Assembly: GCA_964187785.1 (NCBI GenBank)
Contig: OZ076409.1
Span: 41,232,001 to 41,292,000, forward strand
Direction of reading: 5' to 3'
Length of the DNA: 60,000 nucleotides
DNA from: Amphiscolops sp. MND2022
Taxonomy: Eukaryota
This document shows, piece after piece, positions 13,735 to 25,931 of the stretch (positions within the stretch are counted from its first letter, which is position 1; every line of letters begins with the position of its first letter). The notes beneath the pieces are model-generated. The model had not been told where the DNA came from. It did not search any database and saw nothing but the letters and a program-made list of their open reading frames with translations. Made by a program: the position numbers and the translations under genes.

Positions 13735-14170
13735 ATTCAGCTGTCTTAACGCTCCTGGAGTCGTTAAAGTCTTTAATCTTATACAAAAAATTAGCTGTCT
13801 TAACGCTCCTGGTGTCGTTAAAATCTCTAATATCAGATAAAATTTTTAAAACTTTACCGACTCCAGGAGCGTTGAGACAGCTAAAATTATAGATGATTTT
13901 AAAGACTTTAACGACTCCTGGAGCGTTAAGACAGCTAAATTTATATACAATAATCAAAACTTTAACGACTCCCGGACCTGGACCAGGATCGTTAAAACAG
14001 CTAAATTTATATATAATATTCAAAATTTTAACGACTCCAGGAGCGTTAAGACAGCTAAATTTATATATAATTTTAAAGACTTTAACGACTCCAGCAGCGT
14101 TAAGATAGCTAAATTTATATAAATTATTTGAAATTGCAACGATTCCAGGAGCGTTAAGACAGCTAATTTT
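13735..14170. repeat. 54-bp-period array (8 units) of the palindromic AACGACTCCAGGAGCGTT motif
   Basis: Cores at 13748 and 13802 (reverse) and 13856, 13910, 13964, 14030, 14084, 14138 (forward). Confidence 0.92.
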
Positions 14171-14364
14171 TTGAGACTGTATTACAGAACCTACTAAAGT
14201 CAGATGACTTAAAGCGTGGTCGCATGAAAATACTGCCAATGTCAATGACAAAATATTGATCGTTTTTCGTTTGATGAGATTTTACTTCGAAACTTTAACA
14301 ACTCCAGGAGCGTTGAGAAAAATCAATATTCGAAATGATTAAACAATCTTTTGAAATCCAGGAA

Positions 14365-17238
14365 ATGCCGCTCAAGAAGTGCCCAAAATGCTCCTACCAG
14401 ACAAAGAAACTCTTTAATTTCAACCGCCATGTTGGAAAATGCACAGGTGTTGAGACCGAACAGGTTAAAGCCAGAGGTAGTGATCACTTTTCTTGTGACA
14501 AATGTCTGCTGCCAGTGTAAACTAAGGATGCCCTCAAAAGGCATCAACGGACTGAAAGCTGCGCTAAGAGGGCAGAGGGGCTGGCAGAAGGTCTTTCCCC
14601 GCCTCTGAGGAAATACAGTAAGTTATTCCTCGCATAGAAAACGTATGCTGCGCAAAAACATGCTCGTTACAGTAAACAACTGCTCACATCAAACTTGTCT
14701 TTTTGTCGTTTGATAATTGTGCTGGCGAAGTAGAAACGTACCGCCTATTATGAAAAACTTCTTGAAAGGCGATGCTATAGAAAGAAAAAATCTTTTAATA
14801 TTTCAGTTTGTAACAGGGACGCTGAAAAGCAAAACGTGTGACACGTGTGGTCAGGTGGTTTCTTCCCGCAGCAACTTGCTGAGGCACCTTGATCGAGCTC
14901 CCCATCACCGATTTCAGCATATGTCTTTCTCAAGAGTCCCCAGAAAGTCAGCCAAGGAAGACATTTATAGGTAAGGAAAATCAGCCATTATCAAAGAGTT
15001 GTTTTTTCAGTTGAACGATTGCAAGGAAATCAAAAAATTGTTTTCATGCCTAGAAAAGTTAATTCTGTTTTCAAGGTGAGGATAGTTGCCACGGATATAA
15101 GGATCTGTCTTTTCACTGAATAAAAACTTTTAGGTATTGTTTTTAAATGTATTTAGGTACTACGAGCACATCGAGGGGACCAAACAGAGTGCCGTCCAAA
15201 AGTGCGTTGTGTGGATAGGGGCTGTGGAAAACCAGTCTAAGAAGGTGTTCAACAACCTGTTACATGGTTTTCTCATCCTATGGAGAGATGCCAAGCAGAA
15301 TGCTGAAGCCCTGGTGCTTCCGCATGTCCCCAATGAAACAGCGACACAGTTTTTGCCCTTAGCAAAGTACATGCTTCGTTACATGGCTAACGCTGATGTC
15401 CCCATTGCAGCAAAGTCTGCAAAACCTAATAAGGTGAGACTAGAAACTTTAATTCATGGATAACATATTTTTTTGAAAGTTTAAAGTTATATACAATATT
15501 TGTTCTTTTCCGTATAAAAGTTTTATGACCAGTTATTGGCGTACGTCATTGAGAAACAAGGGAAACACTGGAATAAAGTTTTATTAAAAGTGGAATGGGA
15601 GGTTCTAAACACATCTGGGGATTCAAAAAATTGACAAGTACACATGCAGGACGCTTCAAGGGAAAGATATTTTGTCTTCGATTTTCAGAGGTTGTGCTTT
15701 TTCGAATAGAAAATAGAAATCTATTCCTGAATATATACATGAACATCGGAACGAAGAATCCACAAAAGTTTACAATCATATTGAGCTTCAAAATCATGAA
15801 CGATTACCTTCAAAGTAATTTTGCAATGGTTTGTCATCCAGCGCTAGATTCTTCACAACATGTTTAATTATTGTTTTCTCAATTCTCTTTTGCTTATGCA
15901 GCCAATTTGAAATTATTCCAGCAGTGACATTTGACCAGAGAAAAATATCTGGTGGAGCAGCGCGCGGGGCCAGAAGCAGCCGAAAAAGATCTGTTCCCGG
16001 TGAATGTCATCGACGTCACTCTTGGCCATGAGGTAATTAAATTCATTGTAAACTTCTGTATATATTTTTTTTATCCGTTTTTTAACTGTTTTTGTCACTG
16101 TTGGTATGAATAAAATACTATGTAGCAACAATTATTCTACGGAAACAAATAAGATAAACTCAGTACTTATATTTAGATCTTTTCACCACCCAGTGCCGTA
16201 AAAAATGCCGCAGTAGACTCGTTTGCGGAATCAAAGTTGGCAGCCGGGGTTGAAAACGGGTTCGTGACGCAGATCACTTGGAATTACCTGCTGCTTTCGA
16301 ACGACCAGTGTGTGACCCCCTGACACATAGATTTTGCCAGTACCTGCCTGTTTCATGTGGTCCTCCTTGGTTAAAAAATCTTCTGGCTCTTCGAGCCAAC
16401 GAGGAAGACTTTGAGGCTCTTCAAGCAGTATAGCGAGAAAGACCCAAGAAGCTTGTAAAACATTTTTCTTGTAAAAAAAAACATTTGCCTCCCACAGGAA
16501 CTTGATTTTGAAAAAAAACAGCCGAATGAAAAGTCGAGACATTTTTCATCAAACCCCGTCTTTATAATAATGTGTGTCATTTAGATCAACATCTTTCGGG
16601 GACCTGGAGCAGTTGGAGGGAGGAGGCTGCCACAGGATCCATGCAAGGGCAGGTGAAGCCGTCATTTTAGCGTCGAAATGGATTCACTGTGTCCTCACCC
16701 ATGGCAACTCCGTGGCACTAGGTGCCAATTTCCTTTGCTGTGGACACAGTGATTTAATCGTCGCTGCCCATTTTGACGAGGACGAGGATACACGGTAAAT
16801 ATCGTACCAAATACTACAAACACATATGCAAAAGTTGTAACCTGTAGCGACTCCGGGAGCATTTCTGCGAATAAGCTGAGAAATGGTATAAAACAGCCTC
16901 CCCATATTTCTGCGTAACATGAAACGTCTCCCGGAGCATTTTAAGGGAATAATATTCTAATTGCATTTTTACAAATCTGTCGCTTCTGATCACGTACTAT
17001 AACCTAACGATAATCCACCCTCTAATTACTTAATAACGTTATAAAACAAAAAGCTCCAATAAACTGTGTTACCAATAGATATCCCTCTTTGGCGACAATG
17101 TGGAGTGTAATCCTCTTCAACTACCGCAAGATGCGAGTGCCTCCCAATGACTTGTACAGGAGCCTGCTTCAAAAAATGGCTGCAAAGATCAAGGACGAAG
17201 AAGCCTCTACTAAACGAGTTAGGACTATATTTTATTGA
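14365..17238 (+). pseudogene. spliced C2H2-type zinc finger + JmjC (KDM2/KDM7-like) demethylase gene, disabled
   Basis: Fingers CPKC..RH, CDKC..RH, CDTC..RH. JmjC motifs VNVIDV, YLLLS...VTP*HIDFASTCLFHVVLLG*KIFWLFEPT, CHRIHARAGEAVILASKWIHCVLTHGNSVALGANFL, R|YPSLATMW. Phase-compatible introns 14618-14816, 14971-15156, 16455-16584, 16795-17078; middle exons less certain. Stops at 14518, 16321, 16372. Confidence 0.85.
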
Positions 17239-18238
17239 TAACCTACTGAAAGCGATTCTTGGTAACTTGAATTAACTTCGAAAAAAGTCAACAGGGTTGA
17301 AACTGATTTACAATGAGTCACAATATACACAATTTAACAAATGAATGAAGTAGCAAAAATCAGGCACAATGAGAAAATAAAAGGATTCCGAAAGTCAACG
17401 GTTGTCGTGATCAAAATAGCACTAGCTGAGGCTATCAATTCGAGTGATTGACCTAACGCGCCATAACACATTAGCCACCCCGAAAAATATCAAGTTGACA
17501 AGGTCTGAAACAAAAACATATACCGATCAATATTCTCTTTTTTCCAAATCAAAACGTATCTTATCGAACAAAAATCAGTTCTCGAACTTAGAAAGGTCCT
17601 GATCTTGAAATCCTAGGCTTTCGTTCAAGTTGTTCGGTCATAAATAAAGAAGGCCTGAAGGAATTTCGAAAAGATTTGCAGTACTGAAAGTAATACTATA
17701 CTACTGAAAGTAATTCTACATTGTCAGTAAAAATTTAATTTGAACATTGTTCGTTGATAGACGGCAACAAGGTCATGGACCGCTGTTTGCTTTTAAAGAG
17801 TCCAGAAAACGTTGAAGAATTTACGAATATACGAAGAATCTTCACAGCAGTTGTAAGGCATGCTACCATATCTTATTATGATTGTGAAGATTTCACAAAA
17901 ATAATTGAAAATAATTGCTTTGTGAAGAATCCAGGAAAGCTTGTGAAGAATCCAGGAAACTTTGAAGAATTGACGAAAATCGAAGAATCTTCACACCCAT
18001 TATTAAACATGGGAACCATATATTATTAATATTGTGAAGAATCCACAAAACCTTTTCCTCATTTCTTGAAAATTTCACTTTTGCACTACTAATATTATTG
18101 TCTGAATTCTTCCCTCAAATTGGCAGCACTTTGAAGTTCACTTTTTCCCCATTTCCAGAAAAAACATTTTGGTAGTCGCAAAAGCCAATTTTCCTCAATT
18201 CTTGAAAAACACAAAGTTCCCTGTTTGGCGTCGTAATG

Positions 18239-21200
18239 CCCCTTGGGTTCTCTCCCCTCTGCGATAGGGGTTCCGAAAGATTGGATTTAGTGGTTTGCTC
18301 GCTCTTTTTCTATGTTATTTGTTATTTGTATCGTGTGTTTTGGGCTTGTTATTGCAATTTGTGGTTTTGCTCATACAAACTTTCAAATTTGTCTCTATTT
18401 TGTTTTTTCTTAAGAAATAAGTATGGGAATTTGTTACTGACTTGTTCTTTCAGCCTTTTTGATGCTTTCTTTACTAGCTCGTCGTATGGTCGTATAGTCC
18501 GTTCCCATTCGTGAACGACTAGTCATGCAGTGTCTCTGGTTTTGCTGAAAGATTTTTTTGTCTATTGGGTAACACATGTAAATAATTATGAACTTCCGTT
18601 TTTGGCTTTCTGCCATAATCGCGTTCGAATGGTTTTTCTTTATGCTTGAATGGTCCGTTGTTCTCATTACCTTTAGTGAACGGATTGACGCCTCGTATCT
18701 GTTTTACCCTTCTTCCAAAGGTATTCTTTAAATGTTCTGATACCTTGTTCCACCAATCCCGTTGGTGTTTGTATACTCGGTGTCCTGTATATTAAATTTA
18801 TGTTTGGAACTCTACAAAACTCTCTTCCAGTAAAAGCCGTGTGTTTATCTTTTTTCCGTAGGTGCACGCAGCCGGCCATCTGCTGTACCGGTCTTTTGAA
18901 ATTAGTAAAAAAATCTTCGATGTTTAAATTTTTTTGGTCCAATGAAATCCAATTGGATTTCATTGTTTGGATTCTCAACCGGTGGTAAGTAATGAATTTC
19001 GGTCAACGGTATTGTTCTTACCAGACATTTTGCCGGGGATGTTTTCCTCGCATTTTTAATGGATGTCTCTTGACAGTCGTGGCCACCAAAATGGTTTTGC
19101 CGCTGTCGTCATCTTGTTGATGGCCACGTGCACTTTAAGTAAAAGCGTATTAATTGTAGTCGTGAGCGCTTCCAATAATATTATTATTCGGTCGTCGTAA
19201 ACTACGGCGCCGAATCTCGTTGAAAGCTGCTTCTGGTGAGGTTTAATCTCCTCAGGAATTTGTTCTACGGTTCTTCTTTCCAAGCACACTAGCGTGTTTA
19301 GCATTTTTCGTTGTTTATTGTTTCAATGCCGATAGTTATTAGATCAGTTGAGATATTGTGCTCGGCCTGTCGTATTGTTTCTTCCAAGTCCCAGTTATTG
19401 TCGTCCAGCACGTGGCTGTTTTGTCCCATATGTATATAGAGTACACCCGTAGCCCCCAGGTATCGTTTGAAATTTATTGCAGGAACGTCGCGTCACTCGA
19501 TTCAGCTTGTTGACTCTGTTTTAGTTGTTTCCGGTAATTCTTGTGTGTCTCCGCTGGTTCCTTTTGATTCGCCTTGTTGTTGTGTAGGGAAGTTTCTGTT
19601 CTATTCGTTTACCCATTGTAATTCTTCTCTTGGCAAAGTTCCTTCTTCGGGTTCTCTATTTTGCTCTCCCATACGGTCCCATCTCATTCGTTTTTGTCGT
19701 TAGTTTAGCGCCATTTCTGTTCGCTTTATTATTTCTTCTCTGTGGGGTCTTGGCGGGTTGTGTTTGTTCCGTTTTCCGTTTGACGTTTTGAACTCTCCGG
19801 ATTCGGTCAGCTCTTTCCAACGGGTTGTTTGATTTATCGGTTTTTTCGGAGGATTTTTTCTTTCCAATTGACCTATTTGTCTTTGGTTTTTTGATCGGCT
19901 TGGGTAAAGTTAAGTTTGTTTTGATCGACTGTGTTAAAATGTGGTAGCAACGAACTGCGCTTGTTTGTTTTGCTCTCTTGTGACTTCGGTTCGTTCGTTT
20001 TGCTTGATTCTGCTTGGCTGGTTTTTTGTTCACTCCACTCATTCTGATCCGTTCGCGCATCTGATTTCCTTTGACCGCCGACGCTGGCGTAATTCTTGAT
20101 GAACTCAAGTAATGGTATTTGAGCAATTAAATACGTTCTATTTGTCGTAATTTTTGATCGGTTCTGCCTTTGATATTGGGTTTTTACTGAAATATTCGGT
20201 CAGCGCTAAATGTTTTCTGTAAAGTGTTGATAAAGAAAGTAGTTTCTGTAAGATTGATATCGAAATGAGCCAAACAATCTAATCGTCTTGTTAGCCTCCC
20301 GCTGTATGTTTTATTCGATCTGTTCTTTTTGATTGGTGGTTCTAGCGCTTGGTGATCTGTTAGTAATTCATTTGGCTTTCCATAAATATGTAACCTAAAA
20401 TGTTCCAGTCCCCAGACTACGGCCAGCAGTTCTAATTAATTGATGGCGTGTTTTTTCCAGTATTGTATGAAATTCGACTCGCGAATGCGATCGGGTTTCA
20501 TTCTCAAATTTTTTGATTCTGCCACAGTGTTGATCCCAATCTTTTTGTACTGGCGTCTGTTGTGATGATATTTTCGCTCTGCGCGTTGTAATGTGCTATG
20601 CACGGTTTTTTGATAATACGTTCCTTTAAGTTATTGAACGCTTTGGTATGTTTGTCTGTCCACATCCATTTGTTCTGTTTCTACAACATTTTTCTCAGAA
20701 TACCTGTGTTTGCTGAGAGGTTTTCAATGTATTTGGATAGGTACTGTATTGCTAACACAAATGCTTTGAATCCTTTTCGTTTTTTTGAATGCTGATTTTG
20801 GTGATTGCTTTTAACTTGTCATGTAGTGGTCGGTTAGCTTGTTGATCTTTTTTGTGTCCCACCCATTCAATTATTCCTTTAAAACTCGCACTTTTTGGGA
20901 TTTAGTCTGTGACCGGTTTGTTCCAGTTTTGTCATTGTTTTCCGTACTTTTGCTTCGTGTTTTTCCATGTTTCGTTTGGTGGCTACTATTATGTCATATT
21001 ATGATGTCATCTAGCCATGCCGGATGTTTGTGTTCCAGTATCGTGTCTATCCGTTCTTGGAATTTTGTTGGAATATCAGCCAGTCCGTAGAAATCTTTCA
21101 GGAAACGGTAGTATCCAGTGAAGGCTCCTCCCGTAACTGTGAGTTTACAAATAGTTTTTTTTTGTATTTCCGTCCAGTTTAATTTGTCAATACGTGTAAT

Positions 21201-22803
21201 CGGAGTCAAGTGTTGCTGCCAATATTTCTCCGTCTGTTCCTTCAGATATTTTTCTTGATACTCGTGAAATCAGTTCTTCCGTATTGGGCATTTGTGCTTT
21301 TCTTTTTACTCTTACTTCGTTTAGTTTTCTGGAATCAAGGGCAACCTCTACCGATTTGTCTTTTCTCACCGTTATTCCTGCGAGGCTTACAAAACAAACT
21401 TCGGTAATTTCTGTTGCTCTTTCCACGTATCCGTGTATTATTAGTCGTTTCAGTTTTTGTAGCACTTGGTCCTGGAGGTGTATTGGGATTGATAGTCCGT
21501 TTTGTTGTATTATTTGTGCTCCGTCCTTTAGATTTGTTTTAACAGAGTTTTTTACCTCTTTGTTTTTGTAGAATAAGTCTTTTGATATCCTCTTTTCCGT
21601 GTTGTCCCGTTAAATGTTGTGTATTTGAATTGCATCGTTATTTGAACTGAAGTTTGTTTTCAGCCGTTGCATTTAATCCAAATCCATTAACACAGCTGTT
21701 TGTGCTCTTGTGATTAGCAAACGTAATTCGATTGTTTCTTTGTTTGTTTTCACCTTCGTTTTCGTTTGTCCCGCGAAATTGATCTTTTGACTTTTCACAT
21801 TTTCATTTGTGTTCTTGAGTGGTTCAAGTGGAGTTGTATTGTTGAAAAAGTATTCCGGAATAAGTGTGAGTGGCCAGCCTCTGTCATTGATTAAATTGAT
21901 TCGTACGTTTTTATTCAAAAGTGTGGAGTTGTTAAAGCCTTTCTTCTGTTTGGCGTTCATCTATTTTCTTAATTTTGCTGTGTTTCCAATTGCCTTCTTC
22001 TGCGTACCACGTTGTCCTTTCCACGTTTTGTACTCGTTTTGTTGATCTGCACTTCTTCTCGTAATGGCCTCACCTTTTGCAATTTCTGCATTCTGCCGGT
22101 TTTGCAGACGTGTTGTCTCGACCAATTTGGTGTCCGCATCGGTTATCTCTCTGCATTTGCTTTTGGTATTCCGGTCTTTTCTTTCGGCATCGGATTTGTC
22201 CGTCCATTTTCTTTTGTATGGTCGTTCCTGTACGTGTTTGATTGTTCTCTCATCGGTTAGTCATTTTTCAGTCATACATGTGCTCATGTATTAAAGCTGT
22301 TATTGTTTAAATGGTCATGTTTTTTCTCCGAATTTTCTTCTTTAATTCATAATAGCCTGTTGATCTCCCTATCACGGACAGGAATTTGGATGCTATTATT
22401 TCTGCCGGTGTCACGTTGTCGAATTCGCAGTTCTTTTCCACCTGTAACACCCTTGTCCACACATCTTTCGTGTTTTTTCTCTTGTTATACCAAAGAAATC
22501 TACTGTGGAACTTGCTTCGTTCCGGTATGAAGTGTAACCGGAACAGCGAGTTTAGTTGATTTATGTCGATTCTGTTTGGGTTTTTGCCTCGAACGGTTCT
22601 TGTCATTTTCGTTGTCGCTGACTCGCCCAGTGCCCAGATGATTAAATCCTTGATCCGGTGTTCTAGATCATCTCTGTAGTTCGGTGATATTTCGAGGTCT
22701 GTCGTCATATCGTTGAGGTCGGTATTCTGGGTCATTTTATTGTATTGTGAGAATCTTCTCCACTATCGGTTCGCCTCCTGTATCCCGCGTTTTTTGAATG
22801 TTT
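18239..22803 (-). pseudogene. Gypsy-B gag-pol remnants
   Basis: gag 22307-22735, protease region 21673-21960, RT VALDSRKLN / AWLDDIII (20994-21465), RNase H ~20250-20600, integrase 18434-19304; fragmented. Confidence 0.88.
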
Positions 22804-22809
22804 GGTAAT

Positions 22810-25303
22810 TGTTACGACTACTGTTCGTGTCGTTATTTTGAGTGGACGTTATCCTAACGGATTTAGTTGGAGTATAGAAACTCCTGGTTTCGTTTTCGGT
22901 TTCATCATCTATGCTAATTCTGACGTTTTCCCTTGTTTCAGGCTTCAAGAGTTTCAACATTTCTCTCTGGGATTCTGCTAAAAGATTCTTAATTTCGGAA
23001 GTGATTTCCTCTTTAAGAGATGCTCTTAGACTTTCTAGAAAACTGTTCTCGACCCTGGGGGACTTTGATTTAGATGGCCCTGCTATACTCGAGTCTTGCT
23101 CGACTAGACTAGGATTTTCTACCTCTGCAGGAGAAATGAAACCTTCACTTACATCATCATCAGCGCTGAGCTGAACGTTCTTTCTCTTTTGGCTTCTCGT
23201 TGTAGACATTGTGGTGAAGAAAATATCTTGTTTCTTTGGAGAATTGAATTTTCTTTCAAAGTTTTCAACAAAGTTGAATTAAGTGAGATTGAGATATACA
23301 GGTTAGGTGCAACTGGTTATCACAAAAATCAAAAGACTGAGTCCCTCAATCGTCAAATCCTATCATATTTATACCCTCCCAGCATTATTTGATCACGAAC
23401 AAAGTCCTAATTTCCCTTGAACAATTAGTCATTTCCTGTATTTTCGATGAAAAAATCATTTTGTTCCCAATTTTACGTCGACATTTCGTCAATTTTTGAG
23501 ACACGATGATCTTCATTTAGTATTAGTCATCAAATTTGATCATATCATTTCATCTCGGCGTCCTTTTGCTTCCTCCCAAGCAGGAAGTAGATATTACTTC
23601 AGTCTGTCAAACCGGAAATGCTTCCCTGTTTTACTGCTTTGGTTCGCGGGAAATTGACGCTGAGATGACGCTGACGTGAACAAAAAATACCTGGTTTTGA
23701 ATTTCGCTTTGATAAAAATGCTATGACTAATTTCAAGATAAGGATATTTGAACGATGCCAGGACGATATTTTATGAATTTGGATTCAATCTTTTGCTAGA
23801 GGTGGGAATGAAACCATGATATGAAAATAATACCTTGTTAGCAACTTTGTCATGTCGTGTTACGCACGACGAGATTTACAAAATTAACAACAACGTTTGT
23901 TAAATAGCAACATCAACACAACGTAAATAACTGGATAGCAACGGATGTACTAATATAGGAAAACATGACCACAACCACGAGTACTGCGTTCAATGTTGTA
24001 GAGTACAAAAATGCAAAATATATGAAAAATACATTTCTGGTACACAATATACTTTTTAGTTGGAGAGAATAAACCGTGACTTCCTCATTAATCTACTACG
24101 AAAACTTGTAATAAGATGATTCATGCACTGAAATTTCTTTATTGTTAAGGATACATGATTGTTACTTAACGTGGGGTTGAAATTATCCTATATGTGTCAA
24201 AACGCATTCTAAATTGGGACTTTAAACCATGGAAAAGTCAACAATACATTCGTTATACAATTTGCCACAGTCTGCAATTTTCTCTCTTTAGGAAATAACG
24301 GCATTTGTGTGATGAAAACTTGACTAAATTCAGCAAATTCATCCACTTTATTCAATTCATAAACTTGTCAGCGTCATGTTGACGAGTTTTCTTGGCAGAA
24401 TTTAGGCCTCACAAACTTGTCAACGTCATGTTGACGAGTTTTCTTGGCAGAATAGAGATTTTGACTAGTTTGACGCAATGCTGACGAGTATTTTAGAAAT
24501 GAGTCTCTCGCTAGCTGCCGGCGCAGTGACGTCACGGTGGCGGTAAATTGGAATGATTTCTAGCAATGCTATTAATATAGGCGGATAATTGGAATGATTT
24601 TCTGGTATGCATATGCGAGGCAGTGACGTCAATTGGTATGCCCTCAAACTTGTCTGCGTCCTACTGACGACAAATATACATGTATTCTTGTTTCTTTTGC
24701 CGCTTTGTTTACTCAGCGCAGTATTGACGTCCTAAATCGCTTTAATTGCTGTTCAAAGAGTAATTAAGCTGTCTTTCTAAGAAAAGGCTTAACTACCACG
24801 GTGTGTTGTCTCACTGTAATTTCCTGTTTTAGGTCTAAATGGAATGTATTTTCTCAAGATTAGTTTTGATGTATTTTCATTTAGATTAGCTTATGGTCTC
24901 TTTATTCTTGGGATAGTTTTATTCTAATTTTCAGGTTGTGAATGTTTCATTTGTCGTGGTTGACTCGTCCAGCCAAACATGCGTGAAATCATTTTTGGAT
25001 TATTTTGCTTCCTTATTTCATTTCCGCCCAAATTTGCGCGCGGTAAATGTGTATTTTACAATTCCGGTACTATTTTATTCAATTTTGCGAGGGCATGAAA
25101 AATTTAGAACGCGTTCACTAGTTTTATTTGGAATTTTTGTTAAGCGAAAGTATTATTGCATTTCAAGTCACAGTTTATTTGAATTTAGTTAGAGTTCGAG
25201 TTAATAGCCAAAATACTCTTCGTGAGTCTTGCGGTGCACCCATGTCCACGCCCAAAGCCAACTCTCCTGCATCCGCAATCCAGTCCGGGAGCGGACTGTG
25301 ACA
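22810..25303 (-). repeat. Gypsy-C 3' LTR
   Basis: TGTTACGA...TGTGACA, near-identical to 36586-39079. Confidence 0.97.
24361..24730. repeat. LTR motif cluster (52-bp duplication plus degenerate GTCA-N9-TGAC copies); also at ~38136-38505
   Basis: aaacttgtca.cgtcatgttgacgagttttcttggcagaat twice, plus three variants. Confidence 0.8.
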
Positions 25304-25931
25304 GGGCCACTGTCATGGGACGAACGGCTTTGCCGGGTTGATTGAAGTCGAACGCCTGGCGCAGGTGATTTTCGCGAGTGTAGTTTTCCTTGGCTTCATC
25401 TAGCATTAATTTCGGCTCCTCCAGATCGTTTAGAGGACTAGTTGTCAGCAGATTTATTCTTCTCAGTGGACCAGGGGGCGTGACAAAGTATGAAGTGGCG
25501 TCTTCTTGCTGCACCTTCTCCAGATATTCGGCTACTTTGCTACTTGTTACTGATTCGGTTTGGACAGCTGGGGCTTCTACTATGAATTTGTCCGAAGACA
25601 AGCTTTCATCAGGGCTTTCCGGGGAGTCAGCAATAACTTCTTCGGTCGACTCAGAGTGGGGGTATTGTCCCGATTCTACAGTTTCAAAACTAGAGAACGA
25701 CTCACTCAGCTTCAATTTCTTGCATTCTGTTTCTAGTGAATTTACCGATAGGTCGAGGCATTCTTCTTCGTCTGCGTTCGCCTCTGCAGATGAGTTCAGA
25801 ATTTCGATGATCAATCCCGGATAGGCCCTGCTGTCACTAGGTATTGGGGTGGACGATCTTGTTATTTCGCCCTCCTCCTCGCTTGATGACGAGATGTCGA
25901 TTAGTTCGTAGATATCTAACAAGTTGTTCAT
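25185..25931 (-). CDS. Gypsy-C accessory ORF (248 aa, acidic/Ser-rich, SIM-like motifs), ends inside the 3' LTR
   Basis: Intact ATG ORF divergent from the antisense gene; LIDISSSSEEE, IIEILNSS, LDLSVNS. Confidence 0.6.
   Translation of the reverse strand: MNNLLDIYELIDISSSSEEEGEITRSSTPIPSDSRAYPGLIIEILNSSAEANADEEECLDLSVNSLETECKKLKLSESFSSFETVESGQYPHSESTEEVIADSPESPDESLSSDKFIVEAPAVQTESVTSSKVAEYLEKVQQEDATSYFVTPPGPLRRINLLTTSPLNDLEEPKLMLDEAKENYTRENHLRQAFDFNQPGKAVRPMTVALSQSAPGLDCGCRRVGFGRGHGCTARLTKSILAINSNSN

Larger units (their letters stand above)
10512..18238. mobile_element. TIR DNA transposon, CACTA/CMC-like, non-autonomous, with JmjC cargo
   Basis: Perfect 26-bp TIR CATTACGACGCCAAACAGGGAACTTT (10512-10537 / 18213-18238), 2-bp CC flanks, subterminal GATTCTTC/GAAGAATC repeats at both ends (10570-10870, 17830-18110); Gypsy-B resumes across it. 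Confidence 0.85.

Noticed and set aside
13735..14170. CRISPR-like look (palindromic repeat with regular spacing)
   Set aside because: Spacers are homologous to each other, orientation flips, no cas genes, eukaryotic context
13712..14251. 179-aa and 71-aa repetitive ORFs
   Set aside because: By-product of the 54-bp (18-codon) repeat; open on both strands
10538..14360. Transposase of the TIR element
   Set aside because: No long ORF or DDE/TnpD motif recognisable; AT-rich and repeat-filled
22763..23209. Independent 148-aa gene
   Set aside because: It is the 3' LTR copy of the gag N-terminus running into Gypsy-B sequence
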